In this document: positions 9,609-19,045 of the stretch, piece by piece
How positions within the stretch are numbered: the stretch's first letter is position 1
Layout of the letters: the number at the start of each line of letters is the position of its first letter
IMG/VR virus record: IMGVR_UViG_2623620512_000003
Location: 114-64,113 of that record
DNA length: 64,000 bases
Direction: 5' to 3' (one strand)
Source: a virus
Taxonomy: Duplodnaviria > Caudoviricetes
Position numbers and translations under genes: made by a program
Notes under the pieces: generated by a model
Told to the model about the DNA's origin: nothing
Databases searched by the model: none
What the model saw: the letters and a program-made list of their open reading frames with translations, nothing else

Positions 9609-9673
9609 AGACGACGGAACTGAAGTTGAGTAATCGCTAAGAGACCCACTAGAAACAATTTACAGTCATAAGC

Positions 9674-10315
9674 ATGCGCACTCCCATAGATATGAGCGAC
9701 CTCCTGTCAGAGATAGAAGTCCCTGATATCGTGAGTGCGCAGCTTGCTCTTCAAGATATTCAGGCAAAGCGCGAGCAGGATATTTTTGCTGATGGGAAGC
9801 GCAAAGGATGGGATAAGACGGTGGAAGCGCGTTGCGACTTCACACCGCGCCCTCGCCTGACACACCGCTCAGGACTTTTCTTCCTCTCGTACTGGCAGAA
9901 GTCCGTCTATGGCCGAACGCTCACTGACATCAAGTCTGATGACAGTATGGTACTGTTCTTCGCCGAAGCGATGGTTTCGCTCATCCATGAAATCATCGGG
10001 CCGGACCTCTCTCAGGGCTGCTGGTGCATCATCACCACCCCCAAGCGCCGCCACCTCGTGAAGAACTTCGCCACGCGTATCTCAGAGCAGATTGCCGCCC
10101 GCCTCTCCATCCCGTTTTACGAGGATGTCTGCACCTGCAGGAACAGGCAGCGCGTTAATGCAATCTTCGATGTGAACATCGTTCCGAAGGAGCAGAATAT
10201 CATCTGCTTTGATGACTTCGTCACCACAGGTCAGACGCTTCAAGCTATGAAACGTGCGCTTGAATCATTTAATAAGAACATTCTGTTTATCAGTGGAATA
10301 AATAACAAGCTCTAA
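9674..10315 (+). CDS. Phosphoribosyltransferase-fold (ComF-like) protein
   Basis: PRPP-binding loop ICFDDFVTTGQTL. Confidence 0.75.
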   Translation: MRTPIDMSDLLSEIEVPDIVSAQLALQDIQAKREQDIFADGKRKGWDKTVEARCDFTPRPRLTHRSGLFFLSYWQKSVYGRTLTDIKSDDSMVLFFAEAMVSLIHEIIGPDLSQGCWCIITTPKRRHLVKNFATRISEQIAARLSIPFYEDVCTCRNRQRVNAIFDVNIVPKEQNIICFDDFVTTGQTLQAMKRALESFNKNILFISGINNKL

Positions 10316-10337
10316 AGTAAAACATAAACATTAGAAT

Positions 10338-11159
10338 ATGAATCAAGATTCACAATTCACTGCCAAGCTACAGGCCTGGGTGAACACGCCTGACCCTCAG
10401 AAGGATTGGGATGAAGGTGCCCTTCTACTGTTCCAGCTTTCGGGCAACCGTATCATGTACCACAACATCTCCATCAATCCCAAAGGCAAGGCAGAGTTCA
10501 TTAAAGGGCAGCTTCAGAAGTACCTGAACTTCCGCCTTCAGAAGCTCACCCGCGACCAAGTCTGCCAGATGCAGTCCGAGGTCGATGAAATCGTGAAAAA
10601 GGTCATCAAGCCCGCCGCCACTCCCGATGCATCTCCATCGGTTAAATCGGAGGAATTTGCCGATTTCAAGGCTGGCAAGCGTCCTGACCACGATGACCTT
10701 CCCGAGGAGATTCAGGCACTCTATGTGGAGAACCTGGACATCGTCCATCGTATGCGTGAGCTGCATCTGAAGCTGCGCTCGCTCAGTCTCGATAACGCTA
10801 CTTGCCCTGACAGCGAGCGATATCCCTTCCTGAAGGAAATCATCGCCCTCGACAAGAAGCGCGTTGAGAACTGGGATATCTATGACCACTATATCCCTGG
10901 TACGCCCGTAGCAGTCGAGTCCCCCACCCTCGAAAATACCGATTCCACCGAGGAAGAACCTGTTTCCGAGCAGCCCATCAAGGAGTCCGATACATCGGTT
11001 AATCCTAACGACGAATCGGTTAATCCTGCTGACACTTCGGTTAATCCCGAAGAATCAGCCGAATCTTCTGAGCAGTCTGCAGAGGCACCCGCTCCAGAGG
11101 CAAAGCCTAAGAAGACCACGGCTAAGCGTACCACGAAGAAGGCTACAAAGAAGCAGTAA
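10338..11159 (+). CDS. Phage hypothetical protein with low-complexity tail
   Basis: 273 aa; three SVNP repeats (tcggttaatcc, 21-bp period) and a Lys/Thr-rich end. Confidence 0.7.
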   Translation: MNQDSQFTAKLQAWVNTPDPQKDWDEGALLLFQLSGNRIMYHNISINPKGKAEFIKGQLQKYLNFRLQKLTRDQVCQMQSEVDEIVKKVIKPAATPDASPSVKSEEFADFKAGKRPDHDDLPEEIQALYVENLDIVHRMRELHLKLRSLSLDNATCPDSERYPFLKEIIALDKKRVENWDIYDHYIPGTPVAVESPTLENTDSTEEEPVSEQPIKESDTSVNPNDESVNPADTSVNPEESAESSEQSAEAPAPEAKPKKTTAKRTTKKATKKQ

Positions 11160-11192
11160 ATTTCAAACCTCAATCCTCAAACCTCAAACCCC

Positions 11193-11714
11193 ATGAAGCG
11201 TACCGCATCTATGGCTGACGTTGTGAAGCCGCTCTCTGAGTGCCCTTCACAAGCCTATCTCTCCAATGCCGTTCAGGTAGCAGACCTGCTTGAATGGATT
11301 CTCGAGCAGGTAGGCACAGCCAAGGTGTGGCAGACTTCATTCTCCATCTCCGAGGAGTTTCTGCGCCGCCTGTATTTTATCGAGAAAGGCGGCAAGGTCA
11401 GCGAGTTCAACCTGGTTCTTGACCACAAGGCCACGAACAAGACGCTCAAGCTCTGGTCATTCATGACGCAGGTCATTGAGCGTACCTTCCTCACTGACAA
11501 TCACTCGAAGATTCTGCTGGTACAGGCTGAGTCTGGTCAGACAGTCTCAGTCATTACCTCGCAAAACCTGACCCGAGGCAACCGCCACGAGTCAGCCTTC
11601 ATCTCTACTGATCCGGCCATTTTCGCCCGCTTGCACTCACAGGTAAAGGATTTAATTGACAACCACAGCGTTCCCCTGTATGACTTATTCTCACAGAGAA
11701 TCAATGGTACATAA
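11193..11714 (+). CDS. Phospholipase D-fold (HxK) protein, possible nuclease
   Basis: NHSKILLV...ITSQNLT...NRHE matches a single PLD motif. Confidence 0.65.
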   Translation: MKRTASMADVVKPLSECPSQAYLSNAVQVADLLEWILEQVGTAKVWQTSFSISEEFLRRLYFIEKGGKVSEFNLVLDHKATNKTLKLWSFMTQVIERTFLTDNHSKILLVQAESGQTVSVITSQNLTRGNRHESAFISTDPAIFARLHSQVKDLIDNHSVPLYDLFSQRINGT

Positions 11715-11803
11715 AAAAGCACTCTTCTCACGAAGAATGCTTTTGGGATCACACTGAAGTAAGACACTTCTTACTACACTATGAAAAAATCAAATTATTT
11801 CTT
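11715..11803 (-). ncRNA. Candidate small RNA of about 90 nt
   Basis: Minus-strand TACCTTTG at 11809-11816, no ORF, ends in GTGA-loop hairpin plus T-run at 11713-11744. Confidence 0.45.
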
Positions 11804-11866
11804 GGATGCAAAGGTACTAAAAAATCCAATGGTGTACAAATAAATTAAACATATTTAGAAAAAGAA

Positions 11867-12151
11867 ATGGCTCAATCAGTATATACAGAAGAAATTCTCC
11901 AACAAATAGAACAATATGCCTCGATTTATCTGAAAATTTCGGATATGGCTGTGCTTTTCGACATCCCCGCTGAACAGCTTCGCGAGGACATTGCCGACCG
12001 CTCTACCGAGGCCAGCAAGCGTTACCACAAGGGTAAGGCCGCTTCAAAGGTGAAGTTGCTGCATCAGGAAATGCAGCTAGCCTATGTCGGCTCTCCTCTC
12101 GCCCTCGAGAACGCCCAGAAGAACCTCATGGATATGGAGGATGACGAATAA
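11867..12151 (+). CDS. Small phage protein, HTH-like
   Basis: 94 aa; ISDMAVLFDIPAEQLRE resembles a helix-turn-helix. Confidence 0.55.
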   Translation: MAQSVYTEEILQQIEQYASIYLKISDMAVLFDIPAEQLREDIADRSTEASKRYHKGKAASKVKLLHQEMQLAYVGSPLALENAQKNLMDMEDDE

Positions 12152-12324
12152 AATCGTCGTTTCTTTCGTATATATGTTCATTTTTTCGTACCTTTGCATC
12201 GCTTTTGAGGAAAGGGCTGCGAAGACGGGCTGCATCTCGACATAAGGAAGTTATACTGCTCTCGTTTTTTCATAGTCTTTGTACGCAGATATAAATCAAT
12301 GTTAATCAACAAAATAAAAGCAAA

Positions 12325-12465
12325 GTGAAAACTAAGAAAGAGTACAGACGGCCCATGACGATGGTCGTCGAGTTAAGAGAGAAGTGCCAGATTCTGGCGG
12401 GGAGCGGCAGCGAGAGGACAGCTCCAGTAAACATGTCAGTAACTTATGAAGAGGAGGACATCTAA
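12325..12465 (+). CDS. 46-aa leader-like peptide (not in ORF track)
   Basis: GTG start; MKTKKEYRRPMTMVVELREKCQILAGSG...; stop is 1 nt before the lipoprotein ATG; promoter TACCTTTG at 12189. Confidence 0.65.
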   Translation: MKTKKEYRRPMTMVVELREKCQILAGSGSERTAPVNMSVTYEEEDI

Positions 12466-12466
12466 C

Positions 12467-14680
12467 ATGAAGTGTACAAAGATGCTGGGCTGGCTGGTCA
12501 TGGCCGCAGCCCTCTCATTCACAGCTTGCTCCAGTGAGAATGACTTGACCCAGGAACCGACGCCACAGCAGCAGGCGCAAACCATTCACATAAGCGTGGG
12601 TGCTGGTATTGACCCCGCAACGACCCGCTCGACAGTAGACTACAGCAACGGCGTGCGCACCCTACAGTTCACCACAGGCGACAGACTCTACGTCTGGGGA
12701 AGCTATGGCGAAATGGAGGAAGAACCAAGTGGGCAGGAATACTACCCCTACATTATTGCTGGCTATCTGGACTTAGATTCTGATAGCTTCGACCCCAGCA
12801 ATCCCACCAACGCGACATTCTCCGGCGACCTGACTGTCTATGAGTGGACTTACGAAGTAGGAGACTACGAAGATGAGTGGAATGAAGAAATTGAAGATTG
12901 GGAGAAGACCGGACAATATTTCGTTACAACCCCAGGTTATTATTCCCCTGTACTTAGTTCCCCCGGCTTCTTGACCAACGACCCACTGGCAGATTTCGAA
13001 GACGTGACGGCCACGCTGCTGCACAAGGATGCGGTGGAGGATGATGATTACGGCATTTTAGATAGAGACCTCCAGATTTACTATAGGCACAATTGTGCTA
13101 CCACGGTCGAGGAGCTGATGACCAAGCAACTGACGGTCTCCGGCGTCTACGACCCCAGCACAAAGAGCTTCGCGCTGACCAAGAATGCGAACCAGCCGAT
13201 ACTGAACTGCACCATCTCAGGACTGGAGGACGGTGTGTCGTACAAGGTGGACTACATTTACGGCGCGACAGCGGCGATGAGCGACCATTCGACGATTCTC
13301 TATAGCAGCTTGACGGCCACGAGCGGCACGCTCTCGTTCGCCTTCTTCGCCAAGCCAGCCAACTACTTCCACGGCATCCGCCTGACGAACACCGCCGACG
13401 CCAACGACACGTATGATGTCAATATCGGACAGAAGGCGTTCGACTCGAAGGTCTATAACCTCAGCCGATACTGGTACGGCGGGGCGATGCACCGGCTCGT
13501 GGACCTCGGCAACGTGAATACATCGACCCATCCCGACGGCCTGACGTTGCAGGACGGCGACGCTGTGACGGGATTGCTCGACGGCAATTCTAAGAACTCA
13601 CAACGCCTCCAAATCTCCATTGCTGACGGTGCGTCGGTAATACTCAAAGGCGTGGATATCCAAGGCTACAAAGGCGAAAACTATAAATGGGCGGGCCTTA
13701 CCTGCGCGGGCGATGCCACCATCATCCTGGCCGACGGCTCGACGAACACGGTGAATGGATTCTACCGTGATTATCCTGGCATCTTTATTGCCGAGGGTAA
13801 AACGCTCACCATCCAGGGCTCTGGCTCGCTCACGGCCACGAGCGGTGGCTCGGCAAATCCCTTTGGCGCGGGCATCGGCGGGGCCCGAAATATTGCTTGC
13901 GGAAACATCGTCATCGAGGGCGGCACCGTCACCGCCAAGGGCGGCACACAATGTGCGGGCATCGGCAGCGGAGGCAAAGCCTGCGGCGACATCAGCATCA
14001 GTGGCACTGCCAACGTCACGGCCACGGGCGGCTCCGGCGCGGGCATCGGCAGCGGCAAAAATGGCTCGTGCGGCACCATCACCATCAGTGGCACGGCCCA
14101 CGTCACGGCCACGGGCGGCGGCTCCGGCGCGGGCATCGGCAGCGGAGGCACAGCCTCCTGCGGCAACATCACCATCAGTGGCACGGCCCACGTCACGGCC
14201 AAGGGCGGCGGCTCCGGCGCGGGTATCGGCTCCGGCGTGGGCATCAGCAGCGGATCCAAAGCCTCCTGCGGCAACATCACCATCAGCGGCTCGGCCAACG
14301 TCGAGGCCACGGGCGGCGGCGACTCCGGCGCGGGTATCGGCAGCGGCAAATATGGCACCGTCAGCGGCACCATCAGCATCGAGGGCGGCACCGTCGAGGC
14401 CACAGCAGGCAGCGCTTATAGCGCGGGCATCGGCAGCGGCGAAGATGGCTCGTGCGGCGCCATCGTCATCGGCTCTGGCATCACCCAAGTCATCGCCAAA
14501 AAGATAGCCATAACTAGTGACATCGACATCATTGGCGCGGGCTATAATGGCACATACGGCACGGTGACCATCGACGGCGTGGCCGACGCTACCACGTCGA
14601 GCACGTTCCCACACCTGACCTCAGTCTTGACCAACAGTGATAAGATTTGGACGCTGACTCAAAAGAATCCTAACCCCTAA
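12467..14680 (+). CDS. Surface lipoprotein, fimbrillin-like N-terminus plus Gly-rich GAGIGSG repeats
   Basis: Lipobox FTAC, TRS processing-like site, about 7 repeats GAGIGSG...CGxIxISG; GC-rich 3' half. Confidence 0.75.
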   Translation: MKCTKMLGWLVMAAALSFTACSSENDLTQEPTPQQQAQTIHISVGAGIDPATTRSTVDYSNGVRTLQFTTGDRLYVWGSYGEMEEEPSGQEYYPYIIAGYLDLDSDSFDPSNPTNATFSGDLTVYEWTYEVGDYEDEWNEEIEDWEKTGQYFVTTPGYYSPVLSSPGFLTNDPLADFEDVTATLLHKDAVEDDDYGILDRDLQIYYRHNCATTVEELMTKQLTVSGVYDPSTKSFALTKNANQPILNCTISGLEDGVSYKVDYIYGATAAMSDHSTILYSSLTATSGTLSFAFFAKPANYFHGIRLTNTADANDTYDVNIGQKAFDSKVYNLSRYWYGGAMHRLVDLGNVNTSTHPDGLTLQDGDAVTGLLDGNSKNSQRLQISIADGASVILKGVDIQGYKGENYKWAGLTCAGDATIILADGSTNTVNGFYRDYPGIFIAEGKTLTIQGSGSLTATSGGSANPFGAGIGGARNIACGNIVIEGGTVTAKGGTQCAGIGSGGKACGDISISGTANVTATGGSGAGIGSGKNGSCGTITISGTAHVTATGGGSGAGIGSGGTASCGNITISGTAHVTAKGGGSGAGIGSGVGISSGSKASCGNITISGSANVEATGGGDSGAGIGSGKYGTVSGTISIEGGTVEATAGSAYSAGIGSGEDGSCGAIVIGSGITQVIAKKIAITSDIDIIGAGYNGTYGTVTIDGVADATTSSTFPHLTSVLTNSDKIWTLTQKNPNP

Positions 14681-14707
14681 ATTATCCATACATCTACATA
14701 CAATCAT

Positions 14708-14740
14708 TGGGTGCTCAGAAATCTGGGCACCCATTTTTTT
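14708..14740 (+). terminator. Intrinsic terminator
   Basis: tgggtgctcaga-aa-tctgggcaccca followed by a T-run. Confidence 0.8.
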
Positions 14741-14752
14741 GCCCTCATCCCT

Positions 14753-14788
14753 GTCTTTTCCCATATTCTGGCATATAGGTATCTTTGC
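14753..14788 (+). promoter_or_regulatory. Core-operon promoter motif, copy 3
   Basis: GTCTTTT at 14753, TATCTTTGC at 14780. Confidence 0.7.
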
Positions 14789-14814
14789 AATCAAATTGCA
14801 AGGATATCTACTAT

Positions 14815-15441
14815 ATGCCTTTACCATCAATCATAGACATAGCCCGAGCTGACCTCTACACCCAGCGTGAGGATTTGGAGGCCAAGTACGCCATCACACA
14901 GGTCGACCACATTCTCCGCCTGCGTGACATGGTCACGTGGTGCATCTCGAACTGCGACGCCAAGGACCGCCAGTTCGTCGATGAAATCATGCAGCGTTAC
15001 GGCATCTCGAAGGTCACTGCCTACGCTGACCTGAAAATCGTGAAGTCTCTCCTACCCAATCTCTCCGAGGCCTCACGTGATTATCACCGTTGGCGATATA
15101 ACGAGATGATCCTGGAGACATACCAGATGGCGAAGAAACGTAAGGATACGAAGACGATGGAGAAAGCCGCCACCTCATATGCGAAGTACAACCGCATCGA
15201 TGTCGAGGACGAAACGGCCGTACCGTATCACATGATTGTCGTGCAGCCCTTCTTCCCCACCACCGACCCGCGTGTCGTTGGTATTAATCCTGTGCCTAAC
15301 ATCGACGAGCGTATCAAGAAGCTCACCAAGGAATTGGGTGCTTCTAACCCTGATACGCTCAATATCGAGTACGAGGAAGCCGACATGAACTTTGAGGAAA
15401 TCTTTGACGACCCCAAGGAAGAATCAGAATCAACCAAATAG
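14815..15441 (+). CDS. Probable terminase small subunit
   Basis: HTH-like YGISKVTAYADL; directly upstream of TerL; ATG 14815 lies after the promoter. Confidence 0.55.
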   Translation: MPLPSIIDIARADLYTQREDLEAKYAITQVDHILRLRDMVTWCISNCDAKDRQFVDEIMQRYGISKVTAYADLKIVKSLLPNLSEASRDYHRWRYNEMILETYQMAKKRKDTKTMEKAATSYAKYNRIDVEDETAVPYHMIVVQPFFPTTDPRVVGINPVPNIDERIKKLTKELGASNPDTLNIEYEEADMNFEEIFDDPKEESESTK

Positions 15442-15456
15442 CCCATTAGCCCCATT

Positions 15457-17193
15457 ATGCCCACTAAGCCCACAATAGATACTAGCCTTTGGGATGCAGA
15501 AGCCCGCCAGCACGAGAAGCGCGTGTACTTTAACAAGCCCCAGTTGATGGCCCAGTACATCGGTGCCAAGACAACAGTCATTGTCGCTGGCCGACGTACA
15601 GGCAAGACGGACTCTATCGCCTCGCCATTCGTTCTGCGTAATATGCAGCGAATGCCGGGCTCTACTGGTGGTATAGTTGTTCCCACGTTCAAGCATGGCC
15701 TGACAAACACCATCCCTGGACTGTTGGCGGCATGGAAGCGCTGGGGCTACCTGAACGGCATCCACTATGTGGTAGGCCGTAAGCCGCCAAAGTCTTTCGG
15801 CAAGCCTATTACCGAACCTGCTGACTATGAGCATGTCATCACCTTCTACAACGGCTCCATCGCGGTCATCATCTCTCAGGACCGCCCTGGCTCTTCGAAC
15901 TCTCTGACCCTGTCTTGGCTCTTGATTGACGAGGCCAAGTTCATTGATTACAATAAGTTGAAGGACGAGACGCTTCCCGCCAACGGCGGCATTCGCTCGT
16001 ACTTCGGCCATCATTCGTTCAATCACGCCATGATGGTGCTTTCCGATATGCCCCAGACGCAGAAGGGCTCCTGGTTCCTGCATTATCGGGAGAAGATGGA
16101 TCCCCAGCTTATCGAGACGATTCAGGGCACCATCTACAAGATTTGGGATACAAAGGAGCGCATCGCCCGCATGAAGGAGCAGCACCAGCCCATTCCCCAG
16201 TACCTGAAGGGCTACTTGAAATGGCTCGACCAGTCGCTCAACAAGTTCCGCTCCGTGGCGGTGTACTATAAGGAGTACAGCACCATTGAAAACCTGCAGC
16301 TCCTGGGCGAAGAGTACCTGCGTCAGATGAAGCGTGACTTGACACCGAAGACCTTCCAGACCTCTATCCTCTGTCAGCGCATCGGCATCACTCATGACGG
16401 CTTCTACTCTTCCATGCAGGAGCATCACAAGTATGATGCCTCGAACTTTGCGTATCTCGACGAGCTGGGCTACGACAAGATCCTCAAAGAGACGAGCCAG
16501 CAGAACTACGACATCAAGGCAGCGTCGCAGTTCTCCACGCTCGGCAGCAGCATTGACTCCCGCGCCGACGAGGATGTGAATCCTCTGGCTCCCATCTGCA
16601 TCGGCATGGACTACAATGCCAATATCAACTGGATTGTAGCGGGCCAGCCAAGCGGCAACCGCTTGAACGTTCTCAAATCCTTCTACGTCAAGTTCGAGCG
16701 TAAGATTCCCGCCTTGGTCGATGATTTCTGCGCGTACTACGCTTATCATCAGAACAAGACGGTCATCTTCTACTACGATGCCACGGCCCTCGGCTCGAAC
16801 TATGCCGTGAACGACCAGGACTTCCGCTACGTCGTCGTCCATGAGTTTGAGCGCCACGGGTGGCAGGTACAGGATGTGTACCTGGGCAACCCGATGCGCC
16901 ACGACGAGAAGTACCTTCTCATCAATCAGGGCTTCGCGGGCAAGCAGCGCCTCATGCCGTTCTTCAACCGCCAGAACAACGATGACCTTATCCTGGCCAT
17001 CCAGTCTGCCGGTGTCGAACGCGGACGCAACGGCTTCCATAAGAACAAGTCTATGGAGAAGCAGCCTGAGTCCGAAGAGGACCTGCTTGAGCATCGTACT
17101 GACGGTACCGATGCTTTCGATACGCTGTACATCGGCTGTGAGAAGTTCCCCCAGCACGACGTCTACCCAATCGCCCTTGGTGGAGTTCTTTAG
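15457..17193 (+). CDS. terL: Terminase large subunit
   Basis: AGRRTGKT Walker A, LLIDEAK Walker B, nuclease motifs IGMDYN and DGTDAFD. Confidence 0.88.
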   Translation: MPTKPTIDTSLWDAEARQHEKRVYFNKPQLMAQYIGAKTTVIVAGRRTGKTDSIASPFVLRNMQRMPGSTGGIVVPTFKHGLTNTIPGLLAAWKRWGYLNGIHYVVGRKPPKSFGKPITEPADYEHVITFYNGSIAVIISQDRPGSSNSLTLSWLLIDEAKFIDYNKLKDETLPANGGIRSYFGHHSFNHAMMVLSDMPQTQKGSWFLHYREKMDPQLIETIQGTIYKIWDTKERIARMKEQHQPIPQYLKGYLKWLDQSLNKFRSVAVYYKEYSTIENLQLLGEEYLRQMKRDLTPKTFQTSILCQRIGITHDGFYSSMQEHHKYDASNFAYLDELGYDKILKETSQQNYDIKAASQFSTLGSSIDSRADEDVNPLAPICIGMDYNANINWIVAGQPSGNRLNVLKSFYVKFERKIPALVDDFCAYYAYHQNKTVIFYYDATALGSNYAVNDQDFRYVVVHEFERHGWQVQDVYLGNPMRHDEKYLLINQGFAGKQRLMPFFNRQNNDDLILAIQSAGVERGRNGFHKNKSMEKQPESEEDLLEHRTDGTDAFDTLYIGCEKFPQHDVYPIALGGVL

Positions 17194-17362
17194 TTTATAA
17201 TTAATTAGTTAGTACTTTTCCAACCAAATTGTAAGAGTTGCTCTCTATTGACGTAAATCAATCCAAAAATCTAAGAAACTTTCTCAAAAATTTCTGTTTT
17301 TGAACACTTTTTACTAATTTTGCGCTCCGATTTTTTGAGAACACAGATTAATTAGTTAAACA

Positions 17363-18097
17363 ATGGCAAACACAAAGAACTCATCAGCCCGCGAGATAAT
17401 CCTCGACAGGCTGCTGAAACATCGCTGCGGTTATTCCGTATATGAGTTATGCGATATGGTTAACCGCTCTTTACAGTTAGAGGGCTTCAGCCCTGTCACT
17501 CCTAACACTATTCGTAACGACCTTACCACCATCCATGAACAGTACAAGCGGGTTCTTCATGTGGAAAAACGAGGTTATGCGAAATATTACCGCTACAAAG
17601 ACACTAATTCTACCATTTTCACCAATGTACTGACACACGGCGAGATTCAACACCTGCGCTCGGCACTCTTGTGTATTCGCGCTTGCGACCAAATCCGTGG
17701 CTCGCTCATGTACCAGGACCTCACTAATCGTCTGTCCACCATCCTGAACATAGATTCAGCAAGTGACCCCATCGTTATCTACGAGAAGATTCCACCCATG
17801 AACGAAATAAAGAGGTTCAAGATTCTCTATGAGCATATCCAGTCCAAGACTCCAGCAAGAATCACCGTCTGCAGCAAGGAAGAAGACCACGAGAAAGTGA
17901 TTACCATCCATCCCTACTACTTATATCAGAAAGAAAACGAGTGGTCTCTCCTTTGTCATGATTCTACCAACGACAATCCTGCAGAGATACCACTTAAATG
18001 TATTCAGCGCCTAGTCTCTGCAGAGGAAATCGAATTCATTCCCAATCGTGATTTCCCCTTAAAGGACTTCTACGCCAAACATTTTTCAAGAGGTTAA
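17363..18097 (+). CDS. HTH plus WYL-domain transcriptional regulator
   Basis: N-terminal HTH (TIRNDL); IHPYYLYQKENEWSLLC WYL-like motif. Confidence 0.75.
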   Translation: MANTKNSSAREIILDRLLKHRCGYSVYELCDMVNRSLQLEGFSPVTPNTIRNDLTTIHEQYKRVLHVEKRGYAKYYRYKDTNSTIFTNVLTHGEIQHLRSALLCIRACDQIRGSLMYQDLTNRLSTILNIDSASDPIVIYEKIPPMNEIKRFKILYEHIQSKTPARITVCSKEEDHEKVITIHPYYLYQKENEWSLLCHDSTNDNPAEIPLKCIQRLVSAEEIEFIPNRDFPLKDFYAKHFSRG

Positions 18098-18310
18098 ATT
18101 CACATATAATTCCACTCCGCTATCATAGACAGAAGTTCTGAGATAGCGGAGTTTTCAACATGACTAACACCATTTAATGGGGCAATTCAGACGAAATGAT
18201 ACTCAAAAAATCCATTTTCTTAGTTTTTTTATTAAATATTTCTATTTAACTAACTAAGTTTGTAAAATATTTACTATATTTGTAGCCAATTACTACATAT
18301 ACAAATTGAA

Positions 18311-18496
18311 ATGCTCAAAACAAAAAACAAATACTTTCACCAAGACCGGCTTGCAATGCGCATAGCCTCACGCTACGGCCTTACATACGAGTATAAGCTT
18401 GCTCGCCGCAATCGTCTCTCTCCTATCGAGGCCTTAGAAGATTGGGACATGATGAAGTCTGAGGATTATGATTTAATTTCAGAATTAACAAACTAA
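18311..18496 (+). CDS. Small hypothetical protein
   Basis: 61-aa ORF after TATATTTG promoter-like box. Confidence 0.5.
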   Translation: MLKTKNKYFHQDRLAMRIASRYGLTYEYKLARRNRLSPIEALEDWDMMKSEDYDLISELTN

Positions 18497-18509
18497 AAAA
18501 TAAAATATT

Positions 18510-18962
18510 ATGAAAAAGACCTTTGCATTAACATTAGCTACAATCACAGCATCGAAGAGCTTTGCCTACTATGGTGATTACTCGTCATCAAGTACTGAAA
18601 TGCCTGGATGGCTTACCTTTATAGGTATAGTTATGATTGTCTGGGGGATTTTGGAAATCATTCTTTTCTTCAAGATATGGGGTATGACCAACGACGTAAG
18701 AAAACTAACTAAAAAAATATGTGTTCCAGAAAGTAAATCTCAAGTATCAATTGAAACTATGGGAGACAATGATGTTCTTGAGGGTGGAGATTACGACAAA
18801 CGCCTCGATTACATTAAATCAGGGGATAAGGTTTTGCGCAAGTCAGATGGAAAAATAATAGAAGTTGATTCTGTTGAAGGAAAAAGACTATTCTGTAAAT
18901 GCGGTTCATTTGAAGGTTATAAATGGTATCAAAAAAATAGTGTTGAATATATAGAGGATTGA
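18510..18962 (+). CDS. Membrane protein
   Basis: Signal-like N-terminus, one TM helix, FFKIWGMTNDV motif. Confidence 0.65.
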   Translation: MKKTFALTLATITASKSFAYYGDYSSSSTEMPGWLTFIGIVMIVWGILEIILFFKIWGMTNDVRKLTKKICVPESKSQVSIETMGDNDVLEGGDYDKRLDYIKSGDKVLRKSDGKIIEVDSVEGKRLFCKCGSFEGYKWYQKNSVEYIED

Positions 18963-19045
18963 CAAATGAGGACAAAAGGAGGATACAATCGGTATACTTA
19001 CGTAGAGTTTTCAATATATAATGAGCTAATATAGAGTTTAAGAAT

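Noticed and set aside
13598-14614. Long alternative-frame ORFs (338, 250, 210 and 174 aa)
   Set aside because: Shadows of the GC-rich repeat region of the lipoprotein gene.
15430-17157. 575-aa antisense ORF
   Set aside because: Mirror frame of terL caused by codon bias; no recognisable motifs.
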